DNA of 64,000 nt. Origin: an uncultured Spirochaetota bacterium (GTDB lineage: Bacteria > Spirochaetota > Brevinematia > Brevinematales > JAOACQ01). Location of the stretch: positions 512,001-576,000 of the forward strand of contig CAVYGN010000001.1 of the NCBI GenBank assembly GCA_963768055.1, in the 5' to 3' direction. Below, piece by piece: positions 50,620 through 61,374 of this stretch; the first letter of the stretch is position 1; each line of letters starts with the position of its first letter. Position numbers and translations under genes: made by a program. A model generated the notes under the pieces. That model worked only from the letters and a program-made list of their open reading frames with translations. It had not been told where the DNA came from and made no database searches.

Positions 50620-50680
50620 AAGAATTTGAAAAAGAAGCAAAACCGGCGCTTTTTATAAATTTATTAGAGATGAAAAATAT
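50620..50680 (+). repeat. Degenerate copy of 50061-50122 (third UPF0175 remnant)
   Basis: AAGAATTTGAAAAAGAAGCAAAAC(C/T)GGCGCTTTTTAT shared. Confidence 0.7.
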
Positions 50681-51035
50681 TTTGAGAATAAGGCTACTCA
50701 TAAATCATTTTCTTCAAAATTATTTTCAAAATCTTGAGAGATCAAGAAAACATATCTTTCCAGTAAATATTCAGAACGTTGATAACGTAACGTCTTATAT
50801 TCAGAAGGAATATAGTTTTTCAATCCGGTAAGCGGGTTAAAGAGACAGCAGGCGCGTGCGATCATGTCGGTTTACGGAAACACTCATACCGGCGCGATGA
50901 AGATGCGGTAATTAAGTTAATCTGTGAAATTAATGATTTTTATTCTCTATTGTCTTTTTTGCATGGGGAAAATATAATTAATCCGGTAAAATTCATTTGG
51001 CATACATGCAATGAAAAGTTAAACCGGAGATATAA

Positions 51036-52583
51036 ATGGCAAAGTCCAACGAAAATTATTTAAGAGAAGAACCTCTTGAAAAACAGCTCTGGAAAGCTGC
51101 TGATAAACTCAGGAAAAACATCGATGCTGCGGAATACAAACATATTGTTCTGGGATTGATTTTCCTGAAATATATCTCGGATGCTTTTGAGGAGCTGCAC
51201 TCAAAATTAAAAAGCGGCAAGGGAGAATATGCCGGAGCCGATCTGGAAGATAAAGACGAATACAAGGCTGAAAATGTTTTCTTTGTTCCCGAAATCGCCC
51301 GCTGGCCTTATATACAGGGGAAGGCAAAACTGCCTGCAATCGGGAAAAATGTAGATGATGCGATGGATGCAATTGAAAAAGAAAATGCCTCTTTGAAAAA
51401 TGTTCTTCCAAAGGTGTATGCCCGCGGGAATCTTGACCCGACCAGCCTCGGCGGTTTGATCGATCTGGTCGGGAATATTGCTCTAGGCGATGCTAAAGCC
51501 CGGAGCGCTGATGTTCTCGGGCATGTGTTTGAATACTTCCTTGGTGAATTTGCCCTGGCGGAAGGTAAGCAGGGCGGACAATTCTATACCCCCGGAAGTA
51601 TTGTCGAATTGCTTGTGAACATGCTTGAACCTTATAAGGGGCGGGTTTTTGACCCATGCTGCGGTTCGGGCGGGATGTTTGTACAGTCGGAAAAACTGGT
51701 GCAGGAACACCGGGGCAAAGTTAACGACATTTCGATTTACGGGCAGGAAAGCAACCAGACTACCTGGCGTCTTGCAAAAATGAACCTTGCGATTCGCGGG
51801 ATCGACAGTTCCCAGGTAAAATGGAATAACGAAGGCTCTTTTCTGAACGACGCTCACAAGGATCTGAAAGCAGATTTTGTCATAGCCAATCCGCCTTTTA
51901 ACGATAGCGATTGGAGCGGGGATCTCTTGCGAAAAGACGGCAGATGGAAATACGGTGTGCCTCCCGCCGGTAATGCAAACTATGCATGGATACAGCACTT
52001 CTTATATCATTTAAGTCCGGGCGGCATTGCCGGATTCGTCCTGGCAAAAGGTTCCCTGACTTCCAAAAGTTCCGGTGAAGGCGATATACGCAAAGCCTTA
52101 ATTGAAGCGCGTTTTGTTGACTGCATTGTGAACCTTCCGGCAAAGCTTTTTCTGAATACCCAGATACCAGCGTGTCTCTGGTTTTTAAGCCGTAATAAAG
52201 CTAATGGCGGATACCGTAACCGGACTGATGAAATACTGTTTATCGACGCACGTAATGTTGGGCACCTGATCAATCGAAGGACAAAGGAACTTTCAAATGA
52301 AGATATTCAAAAAATCTCCGGTACGTATCATTCATGGAGAAGTATGAGCGGAAAATATCAAGATATAAAAGGCTTCTGCAATTCCGCCTCGATCGAGAGG
52401 GTAAAGGAACTGGATTATGTCCTGACGCCGGGACGGTATGTCGGACTTCCCGATGATGAGGATGATTTCGACTTTAACGAACGATTTACCGGCCTGAAAG
52501 CGGAATTTGAAGCGCAGTTGACGGAAGAAGAAAGACTTAACAAGGCGATTAAAGAAAACCTGGCAAAGATAATCATTAAATAG
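51036..52583 (+). CDS. hsdM: Type I R-M methyltransferase subunit
   Basis: LWKAADKLR, GQFYTP, DPCCGSGGMF, ANPPFN. Confidence 0.96.
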   Translation: MAKSNENYLREEPLEKQLWKAADKLRKNIDAAEYKHIVLGLIFLKYISDAFEELHSKLKSGKGEYAGADLEDKDEYKAENVFFVPEIARWPYIQGKAKLPAIGKNVDDAMDAIEKENASLKNVLPKVYARGNLDPTSLGGLIDLVGNIALGDAKARSADVLGHVFEYFLGEFALAEGKQGGQFYTPGSIVELLVNMLEPYKGRVFDPCCGSGGMFVQSEKLVQEHRGKVNDISIYGQESNQTTWRLAKMNLAIRGIDSSQVKWNNEGSFLNDAHKDLKADFVIANPPFNDSDWSGDLLRKDGRWKYGVPPAGNANYAWIQHFLYHLSPGGIAGFVLAKGSLTSKSSGEGDIRKALIEARFVDCIVNLPAKLFLNTQIPACLWFLSRNKANGGYRNRTDEILFIDARNVGHLINRRTKELSNEDIQKISGTYHSWRSMSGKYQDIKGFCNSASIERVKELDYVLTPGRYVGLPDDEDDFDFNERFTGLKAEFEAQLTEEERLNKAIKENLAKIIIK

Positions 52584-52597
52584 TATGGTTATTCAGT

Positions 52598-52667
52598 AAA
52601 GTAATATATAATTTTTCTTATTTTACTTTGGGCAGATAAAGTAAAATATGAAATGTCTTAATTTACT
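52598..52667. promoter_or_regulatory. Two tandem palindromic operator-like sites upstream of fic
   Basis: AAAGTAA..TTACT inverted repeats at 52598-52629 and 52638-52667, 40-bp period. Confidence 0.5.
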
Positions 52668-52679
52668 CGGGAGCGGTTT

Positions 52680-53810
52680 GTGGAAATCAAGGATTATAAT
52701 GCCGGTTCTTACAAAAAAGGTTATGAGTATCAATATTTCCTGCCTGAAAAAATAAACCATTCATATTCCTGGACTGATGAAACAATAAACACGCTACTTG
52801 AAAAGGCTTCTTTAAAAATAGGAGAATTAAACTCTTTTTCAAGATTTATTCCGGATACGGACATGTTTATCAAAATGCATATTTTCAAGGAAGCCGTATA
52901 TTCCAGCAGGATTGAAGGGACAAGGACCAATATTGAAGAAGCGTTGATTGAAGAAAAGGAAATTGATCCTGAAAAGAGGGACGATTGGCAAGAAGTTAAT
53001 AATTATGTTCTGGCGATGAATCAGGCGATAGATGAACTTAAAAACATACCGCTTTCAAACAGATTGATCAGGAATACCCATAAAATTCTCTTGTCAAGCG
53101 TCAGGGGGGAACATAAAAATCCGGGAGAATTCAGGCGTTCCCAAAACTGGATCGGGGGAGCAAGCATAGAGGATGCGGTTTTTATTCCGCCCGCTCAAAA
53201 CGAATTGCCGGAATTGCTTACCGACCTTGAAAAATTTCTTAATAATAAAGAAATCCAGCTACCCCATCTTGTCCGTATCGCAATAACACATTACCAGTTT
53301 GAAACAATTCACCCTTTCCTTGATGGGAATGGAAGAATCGGCAGATTAATGATCACCCTTTATCTTGTTTCAAACGGCGTCCTGGAAAAACCTCTTTTAT
53401 ACCTTTCCGATTTTTTTGAAAAAAATAAACCGTTGTATTATGAAAATTTGACAATCGTCCGTACGAATAATAATCTTGGCCAGTGGATTAAATTTTTCCT
53501 GACCGGTATTATCCAGACAGCTGAAAATTCAGTAACAACATTAAAGAAAATCATGGATTTGAAATCATCGATTGAAAAAGACAGCATTCTCAATATGGGC
53601 AAACGTTCGAAACAGGGTCTGGAATTTCTGCATCAATTGTTTAAAAAACCCATAGTTTCAATTAAAGATGTTCAGATCATGACAGGCCTCTCATCCAAAG
53701 CTGCAAACGATCTGGTCAAGGCATTCATAGAAAATAAAATCCTTATCGAATCGACCGGTTATCATAGAAACAGGATTTTTATATTTGACAATTATGTAAA
53801 AATGTTTTGA
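52680..53810 (+). CDS. Fic-family protein
   Basis: SSRIEGT, HPFLDGNGRIGR. Confidence 0.93.
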   Translation: MEIKDYNAGSYKKGYEYQYFLPEKINHSYSWTDETINTLLEKASLKIGELNSFSRFIPDTDMFIKMHIFKEAVYSSRIEGTRTNIEEALIEEKEIDPEKRDDWQEVNNYVLAMNQAIDELKNIPLSNRLIRNTHKILLSSVRGEHKNPGEFRRSQNWIGGASIEDAVFIPPAQNELPELLTDLEKFLNNKEIQLPHLVRIAITHYQFETIHPFLDGNGRIGRLMITLYLVSNGVLEKPLLYLSDFFEKNKPLYYENLTIVRTNNNLGQWIKFFLTGIIQTAENSVTTLKKIMDLKSSIEKDSILNMGKRSKQGLEFLHQLFKKPIVSIKDVQIMTGLSSKAANDLVKAFIENKILIESTGYHRNRIFIFDNYVKMF

Positions 53811-53939
53811 TTGGGAAGCTTTAATGCGAGAGAGGAAGGATTGAAATGGGTAAAATATCGGAATTTTTACACATACCCGGCGGCAAATTGGTAAATAACA
53901 GCAGTTTTTACCCCGTTTTGCACTATCGAGGGTGCCGGT

Positions 53940-55118
53940 ATGAATGAGTGGAAGGAATGTAAACTGGGGGATGTGGTTAACTCAAATGTAGTAAGTATTA
54001 CAACAGCCTATCCCCACAGGTTAATTAAATATTTAGACACTGGATCAATTACTTGTGGTAAATTGGACTCGTATCAAATAATTCCAATAGAGCAAGCTCC
54101 GAGTAGAGCAAAACGACTCGTCAAAGATGGTGATATTATTTATTCTACAGTACGTCCGATTCAACAACATTATGGTTATATAAAAAATCCTCCTGAAAAC
54201 CTAGTTGTTTCAACTGGATTCTCTGTTATTGAAACAAAGAGAGACATTGCTGATTCTTTGTTTATTTATTATTTGATATCTTCAAAAGAAATTGTGGGGT
54301 TTCTTGACACTATCGCTGAAGGTTCAACTTCTGCATATCCGTCTTTAAAGCCATCAGATATAGAACAACTCGACATCCTCCTTCCTCCTCTCCCCGAACA
54401 GCGTGCCATCGCCTTGGTACTTTCCAGTCTCGATGATAAAATCGACCTGCTAAACCGGCAGAACAAAACGCTGGAAGCTATGGCCGAAGCGCTCTTCCGG
54501 CAGTGGTTTGTGGAGGAAGCGGATGAAGGGTGGGAGGAGAAAGTAATTACTGAATTATTTGAAATAAGAGATGGTACACATGATTCACCAAAGCAGAAAG
54601 AAACAGGAAAACCATTAATAACATCAAGGCATATTCTAGAAAATAGGCTTGATTTTGAAAACGCTTACTTAATATCTGATGAAGATTTTCATGATGTTAA
54701 TCGAAGAAGTAAAGTGGATACAAATGATATTTTATTTTCAATGATTGGAACTTTGGGGCTGCTTTATCTTGAACAATCGACAGAAATAAATTATGCAATA
54801 AAAAACATTGGGTTATTTAAAACATCACAAAATCCAAAATGGTTATACTATACCTTTTTATGGTTAAAATCACCTTTTGGACAAGATTTTATATATGAAC
54901 AAAGGAGTGGAAGTACACAAGAGTATATTTCTCTTTGTGGCCTAAGAAGTATTGTGTTTAGAATACCACCTCATAATTTCTTAGATAAATTTAATTCAAT
55001 TGTTGAAAATTTATTTGATAAAAGAAAGAATAACTGCAATCAAATCCACACCCTGGAAAAACTACGAGATACTCTGCTGCCTAAGCTGATGAGCGGAGAA
55101 GTAAGAGTGAAAGCCTGA
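53940..55118 (+). CDS. hsdS: Type I R-M specificity subunit
   Basis: Two TRDs, PPLPEQRAI..LDDKIDL, LRDTLLPKLMSGE. Confidence 0.95.
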   Translation: MNEWKECKLGDVVNSNVVSITTAYPHRLIKYLDTGSITCGKLDSYQIIPIEQAPSRAKRLVKDGDIIYSTVRPIQQHYGYIKNPPENLVVSTGFSVIETKRDIADSLFIYYLISSKEIVGFLDTIAEGSTSAYPSLKPSDIEQLDILLPPLPEQRAIALVLSSLDDKIDLLNRQNKTLEAMAEALFRQWFVEEADEGWEEKVITELFEIRDGTHDSPKQKETGKPLITSRHILENRLDFENAYLISDEDFHDVNRRSKVDTNDILFSMIGTLGLLYLEQSTEINYAIKNIGLFKTSQNPKWLYYTFLWLKSPFGQDFIYEQRSGSTQEYISLCGLRSIVFRIPPHNFLDKFNSIVENLFDKRKNNCNQIHTLEKLRDTLLPKLMSGEVRVKA

Positions 55119-55165
55119 TTTGTAATATGGTTGATTAGTTATTTCATTAAAAAGGAGTTTTACCG

Positions 55166-55516
55166 ATGCTGCCTTCTATTAACCGTTCCGCTCTGATTAT
55201 TACAGCAAAACAGGGCTTTTTTAACAAACTTGCTGAGATTTCTGGCGAAGAAGCCATGAAAGAGGAAAAACCCGAATCGTTTGATGAATCAACGGTTTAT
55301 TTGATACCAGTTGATTTATTCGACGATGAAGCGGTATGGGAATATCTGGAAAACAACTACATGCCGATATTAAAGTGTGAAATTGAAAGCTGGTATAATT
55401 TGCCTCTGGAATGGGCTGAAAAAGTTACTTTTAAACAGTTTAAGTCCTGGTTTACGATCAGTTATCAAAGCATGGTTCATGATACCCTTGATAACGAACT
55501 TGATTATGATGATTAA
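55166..55516 (+). CDS. Hypothetical acidic protein
   Basis: RBS AAGGAG, co-oriented within the hsd operon. Confidence 0.7.
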   Translation: MLPSINRSALIITAKQGFFNKLAEISGEEAMKEEKPESFDESTVYLIPVDLFDDEAVWEYLENNYMPILKCEIESWYNLPLEWAEKVTFKQFKSWFTISYQSMVHDTLDNELDYDD

Positions 55517-55525
55517 GGGAAAAAG

Positions 55526-58500
55526 ATGCTAAATATAATCACCGAATCCGAGATCGAACAGCATGCTATCGACCTTCTCGAAAAACAGGATTACCGGTTT
55601 GTCTTCGGCCCACATATCGCTCCTGACGACGATTACGCTGGAAAGTTGCCTTTTGAATTGGCAAAACGCCTCTCTTTTTCGGATGTGATCCTTATTGACC
55701 GGATTGAAAAAGCTGTTGCCCGTATCAATCCTGAAATTCCGCCTGATGCCCGTGAAGACGCCGTAAAACAAATACAGCGCCTCAATTCCCCCGATCTCAT
55801 AACCAATAATGAAACTTTTCATAGAATGCTCAGCGAAGGTGTAAAAGTATCCTATCAGAAAGACGGCAATGGCAGGGGCGACCTGGTCTGGCTTATAGAT
55901 TTCACTAAACCGGAGAACAATGATTTTATGGCTGTAAACCAGTTCACCGTTATTGAAAGCAATGTTAATAAACGCCCCGATATCGTCCTGTTTGTCAACG
56001 GCCTGCCACTGGTTGTCATAGAACTTAAAAACCCGGCGGACGAAAATGCGACTATACATGCTGCTTTCCGGCAGCTCCAAACCTATAAACTGTTTATTTC
56101 AAATCTATTTACGTATAACGCATTTATGATAATTTCCGATGGCCTGGAAGCGAGGGCCGGGACAGTATCATCAGATTTTAACCGTTTCATGGCCTGGAAA
56201 ACGGCGGATGGCAAGACGGAATCTTCGGGGCTTGTCAGCCAGCTGGAAATAATGATTATGGGAATGTTGAATAAACAAACATTGCTCGATTTGATCCGGC
56301 ATTTTATAGTGTTTGAGAAATCGAAGAAGGAAGATCCGAAATCCGGCCTGATTGTTGTAGAAAACATTAAGAAGCTTGCTGCTTACCACCAGTACTATGC
56401 CGTAAACCGAGCGGTTGAATCGACCCTCCGGGCTTCAACCGGCGACCGCAAGGGCGGTGTTGTCTGGCATACCCAGGGTTCCGGGAAATCATTATCGATG
56501 GTATTTTACACAGGGAAGATCGTTCTCGCGATGGACAACCCGACTATCGTTGTAATAACCGACCGGAACGACCTGGACGACCAGCTGTTTGACACTTTTG
56601 CCGCCTGCCGCCAGCTGCTGCGCCAGGACCCGGTGCAGGCGGAAAGCCGGGAACAGCTCAAGGACCTTCTGAAAACCCGGTCGGGCGGCGTGGTATTTAC
56701 AACCATTCAGAAATTCCAGCCGGCCGAAGGCAATGTCTATGAAACGCTTTCAAACAGAAATAATATTATTGTAATTGCGGATGAAGCTCACAGGACGCAG
56801 TACGGGTTTAAGGCTAAAACGATTGACGATAAAGACGAAAACGGCGAAGTGATCGGGAAAAAGACCGTTTATGGTTTTGCAAAATATATGCGGGATGCCC
56901 TGCCTAATGCCACCTACCTTGGCTTTACAGGTACGCCTATTGAAAAAGCCGATGTAAATACACCGGCGGTTTTCGGGGATTACGTGGATATTTACGATAT
57001 CGCCCAGGCGGTGCTGGACGGAGCGACTGTCCGTATTTACTATGAAAGCCGCCTTGCTAAAATCGGTTTGAGCGAAGAGGGGAAAAAGCTGGTTAACGAA
57101 CTGGATGCGGATCTCCCTGAAGAAGAAATGAACGAATCTCAGAAAGCCAAGTCAAAATGGACCAGGCTTGAAGCTCTGATCGGAAGTAAAGACCGGGTTA
57201 AACACCTTGCGGAAGATATAGTAATGCATTTTGAAGCCCGAAGGACAGCGTTTAACGGTAAGGGAATGATCGTTACAATGTCACGGAGGATTGCTGCGGA
57301 ACTCTACAGCGAGATTGTAAAGCTAAGGCCGGATTGGCACAGCGACGATTTGAAAAAAGGCTTGATAAAAGTTGTCATGACTTCCGCTTCCTCGGACGGA
57401 CCGGAAATATCGAGACATTATACATCCAAAGAGCAGCGCCGTATGCTCGCCGAACGCATGAAAAACCCTGAAGATTCCCTGGAACTGGTTATTGTGCGGG
57501 ATATGTGGCTAACGGGATTCGATGCTCCGTGCTTGAAAACGCTCTATATCGATAAACCGATGAAAGGCCATACCCTGATGCAGGCTATCGCCCGTGTTAA
57601 CCGGGTATACGGCCAGGTTGAAGGCGGCCTGATAGTCGATTACCTGGGAATAGCTTCCGATCTTAAGGAAGCGTTGGCCTTTTATTCCGATAGCGGCGGC
57701 AAGGGCGATCCGGCGCTGGACCAGGAGGAGGCCGTCCGGATGATGCTTGAAAAGCTTGAAATAGTTTCCCAGATGTTTAACGGGTTCCAATATGAGGATT
57801 ATTTTGCAGCGGACACAAGGCAGAAACTATCGCTTATTCTGGCCGCTGAAGAGCATATTCTCGGCCTGGATAACGGGAAGAAACGGTTTATCGACGAAGT
57901 GACGGCCCTGTCAAAAGCTTTTGCGCTGGCCGTACCGCATAAACAGGCTATGAATGCAAAGGATGAAGTAGGCTTCTTCCAGGCTGTTAAATCCAGGCTT
58001 GTCAAGTTTGATAATACCGGCAGCGGAACAACAAACGAAGATATTGAAACGGCGATCCGCCAGGTAATTGACAGAGCCCTGGTTACCGAGAAAGTTATAG
58101 ATGTTTATGAGGCGGCAGGGATCGGAAAGCCGGATATTTCCGTTTTATCCGAAGATTTTCTTCTCGAAGTGAAGAATATGGCCCATAAAAATCTAGCCCT
58201 TGAAGTCTTGAATAAACTGCTAAGCGATGAAATTAATACGAGGGTCAGGAAGAACCTGGTGCAGGGAAGAACCCTGATGGAAATGCTTGAAAGTTCCATC
58301 AAAAAATACCAGATAAAATACTGACCGCAGCCGAAGTTATTGATGAGCTCATAAAACTTTCAAAGGAAATTCATGAAATGGATAAAGAGCCGAAGGAAAT
58401 GGGTTTGTCCGAATATGAATATGCTTTTTATACGGCGATTGCCGATAACGAAAGCGCAAGGGAGGTCATGCAAAAGGATAAATTAAGGGAGCTCGCAGTT

Positions 58501-58695
58501 GTTCTTTATCAAAAAGTTAAAGAAAACGCTTCAATCGATTGGACCATCAAGGAAAGTGTTAAGGCGAAACTGAAAGTGATAGTCAAACGTATTCTGCGCC
58601 AGTACGGTTATCCGCCCGATATGCAGATGCTTGCAACAGAAACGGTATTAAAACAGGCCGAGCTGATTGCTGAAGAATTGACAAATGACAAATAA
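55526..58695 (+). pseudogene. hsdR: Type I restriction subunit, frameshifted near 58313
   Basis: PD..IELK nuclease, HTQGSGKS, DEAH, MWLTGFD, QAIARVNR. Adding 1 A (CAG AAT AAA ATA CTG) joins ORF 58378-58695 (DWT..YGYPPD) into ~1056 aa. Confidence 0.9.
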
Positions 58696-58735
58696 ACGCA
58701 ACACGGCAGCTTGTTTTAAGTAAATTGGAGTTTCA

Positions 58736-60448
58736 ATGAAAATATTTAAAAGGGTTATATCCTATGCGCTTCATTACCGTTTCCTTTTTTTTGTCAGCTT
58801 CTTTTTCGCTTTTTTTCTCGCTTTTGTGAAAGTATTGGGCGCTCTGCAGGTAGGAAACTTTTTTTCTGAAAATTTTATCGGAGCGAATTTTGAAAAAATC
58901 AATATCATCAGTGTTTTAATTTTAGTCCTGCTCGGTATTGCTTACGCAGGATTGCAATACCTTATCTTTCTTTCATCCAATTCACTGGCGGTCAGCGTGA
59001 TGCATGATATCCGCAAGGATGTCTTCTCCAAGCTGATCGATCTTCCTCTATCTTACTATAAAAAAAATAGAACAGGGGATATTTTATCGAGGATTTTAAA
59101 CGATATTGGGACCATCGAAATCTTTTTTATGAATATTATGGTGGACTTGCTTCTGCAGCCTTTGACATTTGTCCTGATTATCTGTTTGATGTTTTATATG
59201 AATACCAGGATTTCAATATACTTTTTTTCTATCGTCCCGATACTGGCACTGATTCTGGCCGGGCTGGGATCCCTGGTACAAAAACTCAGTGCGAACCTTC
59301 AGAAAAACATTTCCAGTATTACTTCGAATATCCAGGAAACCGTTTACGGTATTGAAGTAATAAAAGGTTTTGGCGTAGAAAGCGATATCCGTGAAAAATT
59401 CCTGACAGCCAATGACAGGCATTTGAAATCCGGGAAAAGAGAGCTGAGGGTTCGCTTGCTGGGGACTCCCGTATCCATGCTTATCGGAGTGATTGAGGTC
59501 ATTATTATTCTAGTAATGGGAGCTTTAAGCGTGAAAAATGGTCTAGCAACCAGCAGTCAAATTGTGAATTTTCTATTTCTAGTGGCTGTTCTTGCCGAAC
59601 CGCTCAGCAGGATGAATGAGCTGGTGATGATTCCAAGAAAACTCTATTCCGCCGCCCAGAGGGTCTTTGAGATTATTGACTCAAAAGAGCATGAAGATTT
59701 TTCGAAGCCGGATATTGGAATGGTAAAAGGGAGGATTGAGTTTAAAAGTCTGAACTTTGAATACGATCCCGGATTTTCTACCCTGACAAATATCGACCTG
59801 GTTATTGAAGAAGGCGAAACTGTAGCGATTATCGGCCCGAGCGGCGCCGGAAAATCATCCCTCATTTCGCTTATACCGGGTTTTTATATGCCCGCTCCAG
59901 GATCAATTTTTATTGATGGAAAAGACGTCTGCGGTTACAGTCCGCTTTCCATTAGAAAACAGATAGGCCTGGTTACGCAGGAGAACATCCTGTTTTCCGG
60001 AACCATTTTTGATAATATCAAATTTTCCAATATCAACGCTTCGGAAACCGATGTGTTATCTGCGGCAGCCCTGGCAAACGCTCATCAGTTTATTTCCAGG
60101 CTGAAAGATGGTTATCAAACCATCCTGGGTGATAGAGGAGTAACGATTTCAGGAGGAGAAAAACAGAGAATAGCCCTGGCCCGTGCGATTTTAAGAAAAC
60201 CAAGGATACTGATACTGGATGAAGCGACAAGCTCGCTCGACGTTGAATCGGAAAAACTCATCCGAACCGCGATGAACAATATTTTAGGAAAACAAACCAC
60301 CATTATTGTTACACATAAACTTTCGACCATCGCTTATGCCGATAAAATTGTGGTTATGGAAGAGGGTAAAATTAAGGAAATCGGTGATCACCGTTCCCTG
60401 GTAGAAAAAAACGGGCTCTATAAAAGGCTGATCGGCATTCAGGTTTAA
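58736..60448 (+). CDS. MsbA-like ABC exporter
   Basis: TMD, GPSGAGKS, ISGGEKQR, ILDEATS. Confidence 0.9.
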   Translation: MKIFKRVISYALHYRFLFFVSFFFAFFLAFVKVLGALQVGNFFSENFIGANFEKINIISVLILVLLGIAYAGLQYLIFLSSNSLAVSVMHDIRKDVFSKLIDLPLSYYKKNRTGDILSRILNDIGTIEIFFMNIMVDLLLQPLTFVLIICLMFYMNTRISIYFFSIVPILALILAGLGSLVQKLSANLQKNISSITSNIQETVYGIEVIKGFGVESDIREKFLTANDRHLKSGKRELRVRLLGTPVSMLIGVIEVIIILVMGALSVKNGLATSSQIVNFLFLVAVLAEPLSRMNELVMIPRKLYSAAQRVFEIIDSKEHEDFSKPDIGMVKGRIEFKSLNFEYDPGFSTLTNIDLVIEEGETVAIIGPSGAGKSSLISLIPGFYMPAPGSIFIDGKDVCGYSPLSIRKQIGLVTQENILFSGTIFDNIKFSNINASETDVLSAAALANAHQFISRLKDGYQTILGDRGVTISGGEKQRIALARAILRKPRILILDEATSSLDVESEKLIRTAMNNILGKQTTIIVTHKLSTIAYADKIVVMEEGKIKEIGDHRSLVEKNGLYKRLIGIQV

Positions 60449-60475
60449 ACGGCGCGGCCGGTCAGGAATATTATT

Positions 60476-61051
60476 TCATCCTTTTAATAAATGGTAACCC
60501 CAGGCTGTTATGAGAATGACCGCAATAACTGAAAGTACAATATATGCTTTACCCCTTGGCTTCGGGATTCTTACGGGTAAGATAAATAAGACGGATAATG
60601 CCAGCATTATTCCATAAAAAAGCCAATCAAATACGGATTTTGCTAAAAAATACTTTGCAAGGAACAGAATGGGCAGGATGAGTGCGGCATATGTTACAGG
60701 AAGACCGATAAATTCTTTGGGGTTATAAGGTCTTGACTGGAAAACCGCTAATCGCCAAATGGCGCAAAAAGTATAAATTATTGAGATGAGAATACTGAAA
60801 ATAAGCGTATCAGTCAAAGAAATAAGTATCACAATCGGGAAAACGCCAAAACTGACGACATCAACCAGACTATCCAGTTCCTTCCCAATATTGTTTTCTG
60901 ACGATTTCATTCGCCTGGCGACTACACCATCAAACAGATCGGCTATTCCGGCGAGTATTAAGCAAATAATAGAAAGAACCCAATTCATTTTTAACAAAGC
61001 GATACCTGAAATTGAAAATCCCAATCCTGCTAAAGTTATTATATTTGCCAT
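60476..61051 (-). CDS. CDP-alcohol phosphatidyltransferase (PssA-like)
   Basis: DLFDGVVAR..GKELDSLVDVVSFG, RLA.F, FIGLP; start may be 61075. Confidence 0.88.
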   Translation of the reverse strand: MANIITLAGLGFSISGIALLKMNWVLSIICLILAGIADLFDGVVARRMKSSENNIGKELDSLVDVVSFGVFPIVILISLTDTLIFSILISIIYTFCAIWRLAVFQSRPYNPKEFIGLPVTYAALILPILFLAKYFLAKSVFDWLFYGIMLALSVLFILPVRIPKPRGKAYIVLSVIAVILITAWGYHLLKG

Positions 61052-61055
61052 ACCT

Positions 61056-61373
61056 TTAACTCTTTCCTGATTCATATTCACGTGCTTCAATCTCAAATGG
61101 AATTTCAGCATATGCTTTCCTGGCATCTTTAAAACGGATGAAATTCCTGAAAAAATGGAAAAGGTATTTCATGACAACAATAAATGTGCCGTAGGCCTTA
61201 AATTGAGCGATATGCAGATACTCGTGTTTCGGCACTATTTGGCATTGTTCTGAACAATAGAGCGTTTTTCCAAAAGCAATATACTTAGGACCGAATAATT
61301 TGGGCAACCAATGATTTTCCTTTACCTTAAAATCTATATTGGTCTGCAGATCAAGATTATATTTTGAGTTCAT
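61056..61373 (-). CDS. Small HExxH (zincin-like) protein
   Basis: HEYLHIAQ, IPFEIEAR. Confidence 0.65.
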   Translation of the reverse strand: MNSKYNLDLQTNIDFKVKENHWLPKLFGPKYIAFGKTLYCSEQCQIVPKHEYLHIAQFKAYGTFIVVMKYLFHFFRNFIRFKDARKAYAEIPFEIEAREYESGKS

Positions 61374-61374
61374 A

